64,000 nucleotides of DNA, from positions 47,995 through 111,994 of the forward strand of contig JAZQMY010000056.1 in the NCBI GenBank assembly GCA_045627045.1. The letters are read 5' to 3'. Within the stretch, counting starts at the first letter, position 1. Each line of letters starts with the position of its first letter. A program made the position numbers and the translations under genes. Origin of the DNA: Clostridia bacterium. GTDB lineage: Bacteria; Bacillota; Clostridia; HGM11327. The notes beneath the pieces were generated by a model, which was not told the origin of the DNA, did not search any database, and saw only the letters and a list, made by a program, of their open reading frames with translations. Of this stretch, positions 1-7,208 are shown one piece after another.

Positions 1-1
1 T

Positions 2-2485
2 ACATATAAGGCGCAGTGGGTTGAAACTGTCGAACTGGCAGACTATACAATCGTTTTCTGGGGACAGAATGCTAATGATGATGAATACTCATATCTCTAC
101 TCAAGAGGTGCTTTCGGCAGTGTTGGTGATTCTGTAACATGGAATGAAAATCTACCTATTTGTAAATACAATCACGTACACGATGATAGTTGTTATCAGT
201 TGACTTGCGGCTATACGGAAGAGCATACACATTCGGATCAGTGCGGATTGGATTGTAAGCATACTCATACCGCGGAATGCTATGGTGGCATAACAAAAGC
301 AACCTTAAAGAGTGGCGCAATAACTGCTTTTTCAAACTTAGAAATAGACGGAATAAAAGGATTAAAGTCTGGATATATTTATCAATTTAAATGTCAAGGA
401 ACTAAACATGGTGAGGAGGAAGGATATTTTCTCTATTGGGATGGAAGTTGGTATAATGCTTCACAAAATGATATTGACGGAAACTCCAAAGACCATTCAG
501 AAGGAAACTATGGAGAAGGGAACCATATAATTTTTTGGAATCATGATGAAGTAGATGTTTACAAGGCAAAGTTAAACTGTACTCACACTTCTCACGATGA
601 AGTTTGCTACAACTGTGGTAAACAGCAACATACTCATACAGCAATTGGTGGTAGCTGCTACAGTTTGATTTGCGGCGCGGATACTCATACTCATTCAAGC
701 AATTGCTATATGGGTTCTCTTGCACCTGATTCATCGCTCTGGGTATTTGATCACAGCGATACAGAAGTAGTCAAGCCGGATAAGAGCACGGTAATAAATG
801 TTTACTTCAACAGAAAAGAGTTTACGTTGACATTCAAATCGTCAGGGGGCTCTACTTATGGCACGATAACTGACCGTTGGGGCGCAGATATCAGCGAAGA
901 ATATGAAGGTATACGTCAGAGAAGCGGAGTGATTTCTTGGCATGCTGGTAGATCACCGAGTAGGCAGTACACCAACTACGTTGGCATAATGCCTAAATAT
1001 AATGAGACCTACACTGCTCACAGTCAATCGTCAGGAAATAATACGATGTCTTATTATGCAAAGGATCTAAATGGAAATGATCAGCTGATGTTTACGGTTA
1101 AAGCTGATTTCAGCGGATACAGTGTAACAAAAGAAGACAGATATGAATTTGAAGGCTTTACATGTAATGAGAGCCGAGGAACGCAAAACGGTGAAAGCTG
1201 TGTCGGCGCAAAATTCTATTATGACCGTAACTCCTACGATCTTATCTTTTATTCAGCAAGTCATCAGACACCTGACCGAACAGAGAGTGTATTGTTTGAA
1301 GACAACCTTGGCAAATATGAATATAATAATCCGCAGATGCCTGAAGACATTGAAGAAGGTTCAGTGTTTGTAGGTTGGTATCTTAACCCGGAGTGCACGG
1401 GCGAGCAGTATGACTTTGCCGCACACACTATGCCGGCAAACAATATAGCAGTATATGCAAAGTGGGTTCCCGGTCTCTACAAGGTTGAGACATTCACGGA
1501 TTCAACACTTTCTACTCCTTATACTTACTCCGGATATAACGGTGTACAGAAGGATATCGAGAAATATACGCTTGCAAATGCGGTTACTAATCCGAAGGTC
1601 GCAGGTCAGGTGTTCGTAGGTTGGTTCTATGAGGAAGACGGAGCAGAGAAGCCGTTCTCATTCACAATGCCTATCACGAAGGACTACAAGCTTTACCCGA
1701 AGTATTCCACAAATGCACTTGTAAACTATACTGTTCATTATTATAAGGCCGGCACAACCGAGAAGGTTGCAGACGATGTCACAAGAGCGGAGCAGATAGG
1801 CAAGACGGTAACAGAGAAGGCGAAGGTCGGAAATGAGCTTAATCTTGTTGGCAATAATTATAACGGATATTTCCCGGACAAGACAAGCACAAGCATCGTT
1901 CTTTCGGAAGAAAATATGGAAATCATATTCTACTACACAGAGGGAACGAATGTGCCTTACACTGTAAAGTATCAGGATGCCAATGGTAATGACCTGATCG
2001 CTCCTGTGAATAAGACAACAAACTATTCTGTAGTTGTTGAGACATACGAGACGATTGAAGGCTATACGCCGAGAAATTATTCGATTCAGTCGGATATTTT
2101 AAGTAACGGCACAACGGTTATCACGTTCATTTATGACAGGAAGCAGACAAATCTGACAATCACGAAGTCGGGCATTGCTGCCGAAGATCAGGATATGATA
2201 TGTATTTTCAATATCAAAGGCGTTGAGTCTGATGCAGATACCTGCGATATTGATATTACTGTTACAATAACAGGCAATTCAAGCATTACGATCAAGGATA
2301 TTCCTGTAGGACAGTATGTTATTACAGAAAATTCTGCTTGGTCGTGGCGTTATCAGCCGGACGAAGCTTCAAAGTCCATAATCGCAACATCTAATGGAAC
2401 AAACACTGTAGCTTTTGTCAATACAAAGACAAATAACAATTGGCTTGACGATAATACGAGTGTAAAGAATGTTTTTAATGGCTGA
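2..2485 (+). CDS. Large cell-surface adhesin-like protein, 5' partial (open frame continues to the window start; ORF track Met at 200 is internal). N-terminal Cys/His-rich repeats, two Listeria-Bacteroides (Flg_new-like) repeats, two MucBP/Ig-like modules, Cna-B-like C-terminus; no LPXTG.
   Basis: Frame 2 is open from nt 2 to the stop at 2485. Repeated motif C-x-x-C-G...HTHT/HTHS...C-Y at least 4 times. 'VFVGWYLNPE...VYAKWVP' and 'QVFVGWFYEEDG...YKLYPKY' match the Listeria-Bacteroides repeat signature. 'IKDIPVGQYVITENSA' resembles Cna-B/prealbumin-like pilin domains. Ends 32 nt before the first TasA-like gene. Confidence 0.6.
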   Translation, partial: TYKAQWVETVELADYTIVFWGQNANDDEYSYLYSRGAFGSVGDSVTWNENLPICKYNHVHDDSCYQLTCGYTEEHTHSDQCGLDCKHTHTAECYGGITKATLKSGAITAFSNLEIDGIKGLKSGYIYQFKCQGTKHGEEEGYFLYWDGSWYNASQNDIDGNSKDHSEGNYGEGNHIIFWNHDEVDVYKAKLNCTHTSHDEVCYNCGKQQHTHTAIGGSCYSLICGADTHTHSSNCYMGSLAPDSSLWVFDHSDTEVVKPDKSTVINVYFNRKEFTLTFKSSGGSTYGTITDRWGADISEEYEGIRQRSGVISWHAGRSPSRQYTNYVGIMPKYNETYTAHSQSSGNNTMSYYAKDLNGNDQLMFTVKADFSGYSVTKEDRYEFEGFTCNESRGTQNGESCVGAKFYYDRNSYDLIFYSASHQTPDRTESVLFEDNLGKYEYNNPQMPEDIEEGSVFVGWYLNPECTGEQYDFAAHTMPANNIAVYAKWVPGLYKVETFTDSTLSTPYTYSGYNGVQKDIEKYTLANAVTNPKVAGQVFVGWFYEEDGAEKPFSFTMPITKDYKLYPKYSTNALVNYTVHYYKAGTTEKVADDVTRAEQIGKTVTEKAKVGNELNLVGNNYNGYFPDKTSTSIVLSEENMEIIFYYTEGTNVPYTVKYQDANGNDLIAPVNKTTNYSVVVETYETIEGYTPRNYSIQSDILSNGTTVITFIYDRKQTNLTITKSGIAAEDQDMICIFNIKGVESDADTCDIDITVTITGNSSITIKDIPVGQYVITENSAWSWRYQPDEASKSIIATSNGTNTVAFVNTKTNNNWLDDNTSVKNVFNG

Positions 2486-2517
2486 TTAACCGAAATTGAA
2501 AGGGAGGAATTGAAACC

Positions 2518-3054
2518 TTGGAGAAAATGAAACAAAAAAACACGAAGAGACTTATTCTGCTTACAGTGTTGCTTTGCTTTTCTGCGGTAACGGTTCTCGG
2601 TACGTTTGCATACATAATTACTTCAACTGGGGCATTGACGAACATCTTCGTCCCCGGCAAAGTTGATGATGAAATCGTGGAAACGTTCGAGAATAATATA
2701 AAATCCGATATTCAGGTAAAGAACACGGGCAATGTTGATGCCTTCGTCCGTGTGAACCTCGTTGCTTATTGGCAGGATGCAGAGGGAAACGTTACCGGTA
2801 TTTCAGCAGCAGTGCCGGAATTCACGCTCGGAAGCGGCTGGGCAAAGGGAAGCGACGGCTTCTATTACTATAAGTCAGCCGTAAAGCCGAATGAGCTGAC
2901 AACAGACCTTCTTGCAGATGGCCAGACGATCGTTCTTACTGGGGACGAAAACGGCAACAAAATGGTCGTTGAGGTGCTTGCACAGGCTATTCAGGCTGAA
3001 CCTATTTCGGCTGTGGCTGATGCATGGGGAGTAAACCCTGCATCATTACAGTAA
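2518..3054 (+). CDS. TasA/camelysin-family-like secreted protein with SipW-cognate-type signal peptide (paralog 1, 178 aa; TTG start at 2518 or ATG at 2527)
   Basis: N-terminus: K-rich stretch, hydrophobic core, 'GTFAYIITSTGALTNIF', resembling the TasA 'AAFNDIKS' SipW-cognate signal region. RBS AGGGAGG at 2502-2508. C-terminal 'VLAQAIQAEP..ADAW' motif shared with paralogs 2-5. Confidence 0.55.
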   Translation: MEKMKQKNTKRLILLTVLLCFSAVTVLGTFAYIITSTGALTNIFVPGKVDDEIVETFENNIKSDIQVKNTGNVDAFVRVNLVAYWQDAEGNVTGISAAVPEFTLGSGWAKGSDGFYYYKSAVKPNELTTDLLADGQTIVLTGDENGNKMVVEVLAQAIQAEPISAVADAWGVNPASLQ

Positions 3055-3056
3055 AA

Positions 3057-3611
3057 ATGAGCAAAACGAAAACTGCTTTAGCAAAAATCTGGTCGGCCGT
3101 AACGTGGGTTATAGTAGTGTTGGCAATATTGCTTGCACTCCTTCTCATTGGCACAAGGCTTATCGGCATCACGCCTTATGCGGTGCTTTCCGGATCAATG
3201 GAGCCGACGTACATGACCGGCTCGCTGATTTATGTCAAGAAGGTTGATTGCTCCACTCTCACGGTGGGCGATCCGATAACGTTCATGCTGAACGAAAAAA
3301 CGGTTGCTACTCACAGAATAATTGAGATCATCCCTGATGAAAACGACCCGACGGTGTTCCGCTTCTTCACGAAGGGCGACGCCAATGAGAATCCCGACGG
3401 AAGCTCGGTTCACAGCAACAACGTAATCGGCAAACCGATCTTCACAATTCCGTATCTCGGATACGTTTCGAATTTTATTTCGAATCCTCCGGGAATGTAC
3501 CTCGCAATAGGCGCAGGTGCAATATTGATAATACTGGTTTTCCTTCCCGATCTTTTCAAAGAAGAAGAGGATAAAGACGATGTCAGGGGAAAACATGAAA
3601 AAGTCGATTAA
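3057..3611 (+). CDS. sipW: Signal peptidase I, SipW-type (archaeal/ER-type), 184 aa; alternative overlapping ATG at 3024
   Basis: N-terminal TM segment, then the catalytic-Ser box 'LSGSMEPTYMTGSLIYVKK' and the 'TKGDANENPD' box typical of SipW-like type I signal peptidases. Embedded in a cluster of SipW-cognate signal-peptide proteins. Confidence 0.8.
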   Translation: MSKTKTALAKIWSAVTWVIVVLAILLALLLIGTRLIGITPYAVLSGSMEPTYMTGSLIYVKKVDCSTLTVGDPITFMLNEKTVATHRIIEIIPDENDPTVFRFFTKGDANENPDGSSVHSNNVIGKPIFTIPYLGYVSNFISNPPGMYLAIGAGAILIILVFLPDLFKEEEDKDDVRGKHEKVD

Positions 3612-3649
3612 ATCGAATGATTTCAGAATAAATTAAGGAGGTTTTTGTT

Positions 3650-4309
3650 ATGAAGACAAGAACAAAGACATTGCTTCTGCTTGTTTGCGCTGTACTGCTT
3701 GTTGCCACATCTGTAATGGGCACACTTGCTTACCTCACATCAAAGACAGAAGAAGTAAAGAACACATTCACAATTGGTAAAGTTGCAATCACTCTCGACG
3801 AAACAAAAGTCGGAGAAGACGGCAGAATCCCGAAAGATGACAATAACACACAGATAATCGAAAAGGTTACTGCTAACGAATACCACATCATTCCGGGCAA
3901 GACTTTCGACAAGGATCCTACAATCCATGTTGATGAGAAGAGCGAAGACTGCTGGGTATTTGCAAAGATTATTGTAAACAACAAGGCTGATCTTGATGCT
4001 ATTTTTGCAAAGTACTCTCTCAAAATTGGTGATGTTGTAGGCGGTATCAATTCAAATCTTGACGTTATTACTGACGGCAAGGCAAACAGCGATACAAGGG
4101 AATACCTCGTTGCTGTAAAGAGTATCTGCAAAGCTAAGGACGAAATCAAGATTTTTGAGACGATCACTATCCCCGGAGACCTCACAAACGAAGAAATCGA
4201 GTCTCTTTCTGATCTTGAGATTGACATATCTGCTTATGCTATCCAGGCTGAGGGATTTGATGATTACACTGCTGCATGGACAGCTCTTGAAGCACAGATG
4301 ACAAAGTAA
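3650..4309 (+). CDS. TasA/camelysin-family-like secreted protein, SipW-cognate signal peptide (paralog 2, 219 aa)
   Basis: 'MGTLAYLTSKTEEVKNTFTIGKV' signal/cleavage region. C-terminal 'ISAYAIQAEGFDDYTAAWTALEA'. RBS AAGGAGG upstream. Confidence 0.6.
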   Translation: MKTRTKTLLLLVCAVLLVATSVMGTLAYLTSKTEEVKNTFTIGKVAITLDETKVGEDGRIPKDDNNTQIIEKVTANEYHIIPGKTFDKDPTIHVDEKSEDCWVFAKIIVNNKADLDAIFAKYSLKIGDVVGGINSNLDVITDGKANSDTREYLVAVKSICKAKDEIKIFETITIPGDLTNEEIESLSDLEIDISAYAIQAEGFDDYTAAWTALEAQMTK

Positions 4310-4358
4310 TAAAGTCACATTCGTGATTTTATATAAATTAGAAACGGAGAATTAAAAA

Positions 4359-4889
4359 ATGAAGAAAAAGATTTTGGCAGTTGTAATTGCCGCTGTTCTT
4401 GTTCTAGGCTGCTGCATCGGCGGAACGATTGCTTGGTTGATCGACAAAACAGAAAACGTTGTGAACACATTCACACCGAGTGATATCAACATCGAGCTTA
4501 CTGAGTCAAATAACCTTGATCTTAAGATGGTTCCGGGCAAGGAACTCGTCAAGGATCCTAAGGTTACAGTAAAGGCTAACTCAGAAAAATGCTGGGTATT
4601 CGTTAAGGTAGAGAAGGGCAATAATCCCGACTACTTCCTTACATACGCTATTGCTGAAGGATGGACAGAGCTTGAAACGGGCGTTTACTATCGCGAAGTT
4701 TCTTCCTCAACTTCTGATCAGGTATTCAGCGTACTCGAGGATGATAAGGTTACAGTTAAGTCAGAAGTAACAAAGGCTGATCTTACAGCACAGAACTTTG
4801 AAAAACCTACACTTACATTCAAGGCTTATGCCATCCAGAAGGAAGGCTTCGAAACAGCAGCTGCTGCTTGGGCAGAAGCTAAAAAGTAA
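4359..4889 (+). CDS. TasA/camelysin-family-like secreted protein, SipW-cognate signal peptide (paralog 3, 176 aa)
   Basis: 'GGTIAWLIDKTENVVNTFTPSDI'. C-terminal 'FKAYAIQKEGFETAAAAWAEAKK'. Confidence 0.6.
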   Translation: MKKKILAVVIAAVLVLGCCIGGTIAWLIDKTENVVNTFTPSDINIELTESNNLDLKMVPGKELVKDPKVTVKANSEKCWVFVKVEKGNNPDYFLTYAIAEGWTELETGVYYREVSSSTSDQVFSVLEDDKVTVKSEVTKADLTAQNFEKPTLTFKAYAIQKEGFETAAAAWAEAKK

Positions 4890-4937
4890 TTCAATACAAT
4901 TGAATAATTAATATTATTAAAAAGGAGATAATCTCAA

Positions 4938-5741
4938 ATGAAAAAGAAAATTATCACACTCGCTCTCGTAGCAGTTATTGCTCTTGCAGCAATTACCGGT
5001 GCATCTCTCGCTTACTTCACAGATAAAGACGAGATGACAAACACATTCACAATGGGCAACGTTGACATCACTCTCAAAGAGTATGGTAAGAACACAGACG
5101 GCGAAATCGCTCCGTTCAGTGATTCTGTAAATGAGCTTATCCCGGGCATTTCTGTTCAGAAGATTGCCACAATCACAAACACAGGCAAGAACGATGCTTA
5201 TGTATGGGCAGAAATCCTTGTTCCTAAGGCTCTCGTTTCAGCTCTTGCTCCGGCAAATGAAACAGACAGCGCTCTCCATTACAATACATACGGCGCTTTC
5301 GCAACAGAATACTTTGGCAGATATCAGCAGACTCCTGTTAACGACGGTATCCTCGTTAACGGTGCTATCAGCATTGACACAAACTGCGAATACGTTGACG
5401 TAGCAGAAGAGAACACATGGTCAAACCCTGTTGTTGCAGGTGAAGTAACAGTTGAAGACGTTGAATATGTTGTATTCCTCACAAAGATGCAGAGCATCCT
5501 TCCTGTAGGCAAGACAACACTTCCTTTCCTCCGCGGCGTTTACATGGACAACGATGTTGATGCAGCAAGAGATGAGAGCGGCGCAATCATCGAAGGCACA
5601 TATGTAATTCCTCAGCAGACAGCTAACGGCGTTGAGTTCGTTAACTACGACGGTTCTTGGGATGTAATCGTAAGAGCATATGCTATCCAGTCAGCCGGCT
5701 TTGATACGGTTGATGATGCTTACGCTGCATACAACAAATAA
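4938..5741 (+). CDS. TasA/camelysin-family-like secreted protein, SipW-cognate signal peptide (paralog 4, 267 aa)
   Basis: 'GASLAYFTDKDEMTNTFTMGNV'. 'NTGKNDAYVWAEILVP' resembles the TasA/M73 core. C-terminal 'VRAYAIQSAGFDTVDDAYAAY'. Strong RBS AAAGGAG. Confidence 0.65.
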   Translation: MKKKIITLALVAVIALAAITGASLAYFTDKDEMTNTFTMGNVDITLKEYGKNTDGEIAPFSDSVNELIPGISVQKIATITNTGKNDAYVWAEILVPKALVSALAPANETDSALHYNTYGAFATEYFGRYQQTPVNDGILVNGAISIDTNCEYVDVAEENTWSNPVVAGEVTVEDVEYVVFLTKMQSILPVGKTTLPFLRGVYMDNDVDAARDESGAIIEGTYVIPQQTANGVEFVNYDGSWDVIVRAYAIQSAGFDTVDDAYAAYNK

Positions 5742-5754
5742 GACTGATAAACAA

Positions 5755-5806
5755 TCTCCCTGCTTTTGCAGGGAGGTAAACAAAAGCGCTATTGGCTTAA
5801 TAACGC
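5755..5806 (+). terminator. Two consecutive stem-loops between TasA-like paralogs 4 and 5 (intrinsic terminator or attenuator)
   Basis: CTCCCTGC-tttt-GCAGGGAG is a perfect 8-bp stem at 5755-5774. A second AAAAGCG...CGCTTTT stem with T-tract follows at about 5780-5806. Confidence 0.5.
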
Positions 5807-5850
5807 TTTTGTTTACAAAAATAAGTATTTTATTGAATGGAGAAAATTCT

Positions 5851-6417
5851 ATGAAAAAGAAAATATTGATCGCAGCACTGATTGTTTGCCTTCTTGCTGT
5901 TGCAGCATACGGTACTCTTGCGTACTTCACGTCAGAGGACACAACAGAGAATATCATCAAGTCAGGCAACCTCAAGGTAAAGCTCATCGAAACCGAAATC
6001 GACGATAATGGCGAGGAAATCCCGTACGTAAATGAGAAAATCGGTATTATGCCCGGAACGACGATATCAAAGATAGTCAAGGCAGAGAACGTAGGTAGAC
6101 ATGACGCTTATGTTCGTATCAGACTTACAAACGTTATTACTCTTGCAGACGGCACAGAGGATAATGACGAGAACGGCTACGTTAAGTATTCAATCGACGA
6201 GGAAAACTGGACATATGCTGACGGCTGGTACTATTATAATACTGCTCTTGAGGCAGGCAAGACTTCCGAAGCTCTCCTTTCCGAAGTAATTTTCTCAATT
6301 GAAACAGATAACTTATATCAGGACAGCGTTCTCTCGATCAATGTTGAGCTTCAGGCAGTTCAGGTTCAGAACAACGGAGCTGACGTATTTGAAGCCGCAG
6401 GCTGGCCGGCAGTCTGA
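5851..6417 (+). CDS. TasA/camelysin-family-like secreted protein, SipW-cognate signal peptide (paralog 5, 188 aa; start chosen inside ORF-track ORF 5680..6417)
   Basis: ATG at 5851 is preceded by TGGAGA and begins 'MKKKILIAALIVCLLAVAAYGTLAYFTSEDTTENIIKSGNL'. 'NVGRHDAYVRIRLTN' parallels paralog 4. C-terminal 'LQAVQVQNNGADVFEAAGW'. Confidence 0.6.
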   Translation: MKKKILIAALIVCLLAVAAYGTLAYFTSEDTTENIIKSGNLKVKLIETEIDDNGEEIPYVNEKIGIMPGTTISKIVKAENVGRHDAYVRIRLTNVITLADGTEDNDENGYVKYSIDEENWTYADGWYYYNTALEAGKTSEALLSEVIFSIETDNLYQDSVLSINVELQAVQVQNNGADVFEAAGWPAV

Positions 6418-6445
6418 TTTATTCAAAACAGGAGGTTAATGCTTA

Positions 6446-7081
6446 ATGAACAGGACTAAAAAGTCAGTTCTCAGCATTGTACTTGTATTCGTATTCATGT
6501 TTATGATGTCTGCGATTGCATTTGCTGAGACAAACGTTACATATGACGGAGATGCACAGCATTTCGTTTTTGCTCCGGAAAATCTTTTTGAGAACTTTGA
6601 TGACGTAATGCCGGGTGATGTGATTTCACAGGAAATCAAAATCAACAACAAAGCTTCCAATAAGGTTGATGTTAAGGTTTACCTTAAATGCGAGCCGATC
6701 GACAGTGAATATGCGGATTTCCTTTCAAATCTTCATCTTACCGTAACTCAGGTAGGAAAGTCAAAGCATTTTGATGCTCCTGCAGACCAGACGGACGGAC
6801 TTACTGATTTTGCATATCTCGGCACGATCACATCCGGCGGAAAAGAAACGCTGATGGTAACTCTTGAGGTACCTATCGATCTTCCGAACGAGTTTCAGGA
6901 TTCGTTTGGCAAGGTAAGCTGGACATTCAAGGTCGAAGAGCTTGAAAACGAAGCGCCTATAACAGGTGAAAACAATTTGATTTATATCCTTTGCGGAGTA
7001 TGTGTTCTTGCGGCTGCATTGCTTGTAGTATTCATCATTCTTCGCAAAAAGGACAAAGAAAATGACAAAAAGACTGATTGA
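6446..7081 (+). CDS. Secreted, C-terminally anchored protein in the TasA locus: Sec-type signal peptide (AFA-ET), beta-rich domain, then 'APITGENN', a hydrophobic segment and an RKKDK tail (cell-wall sorting-signal-like)
   Basis: N-terminal 'MNRTKKSVLSIVLVFVFMFMMSAIAFA'. C-terminal 'PITGENNLIYILCGVCVLAAALLVVFIILRKKDKENDKKTD' has the tripartite architecture of sortase substrates, with a PxTG-like motif. Confidence 0.5.
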   Translation: MNRTKKSVLSIVLVFVFMFMMSAIAFAETNVTYDGDAQHFVFAPENLFENFDDVMPGDVISQEIKINNKASNKVDVKVYLKCEPIDSEYADFLSNLHLTVTQVGKSKHFDAPADQTDGLTDFAYLGTITSGGKETLMVTLEVPIDLPNEFQDSFGKVSWTFKVEELENEAPITGENNLIYILCGVCVLAAALLVVFIILRKKDKENDKKTD

Positions 7082-7089
7082 TACAATGA

Positions 7090-7120
7090 AGCTCTGATTA
7101 TTCAGGGCTTTTTGTTTTTT
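7090..7120 (+). terminator. Intrinsic terminator after the TasA-like locus
   Basis: AGCTCTGA-ttat-TCAGGGCT hairpin (one G-U wobble) followed by TTTTGTTTTTT. Confidence 0.5.
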
Positions 7121-7208
7121 GTGTTTAATTTTATTATAATTTTGTGCTTGAAAAATAAACTGTTATATGGTAAAATTAACATGTTATTTTTTGAAATCCG
7201 GAGGGAAT

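Noticed and set aside
402-734. Antisense ORFs inside the large adhesin gene (402-734, 1923-2114, 2353-2535)
   Set aside because: Short, fully embedded in a long sense ORF with clear domain content, and have no RBS; a typical six-frame artefact.
3195-4227. Minus-strand ORFs 3195-3596 and 3730-4227 overlapping sipW and TasA-like paralog 2
   Set aside because: They oppose genes with clear signal-peptidase and TasA-like signatures, have low-complexity translations and no start context.
5680-5850. 5' extension of paralog 5 in the ORF track (start 5680) and ORF 5766-6008
   Set aside because: The extension runs through the two terminator hairpins and lacks an RBS. The internal ATG at 5851 has an RBS and yields a canonical SipW-type signal peptide.
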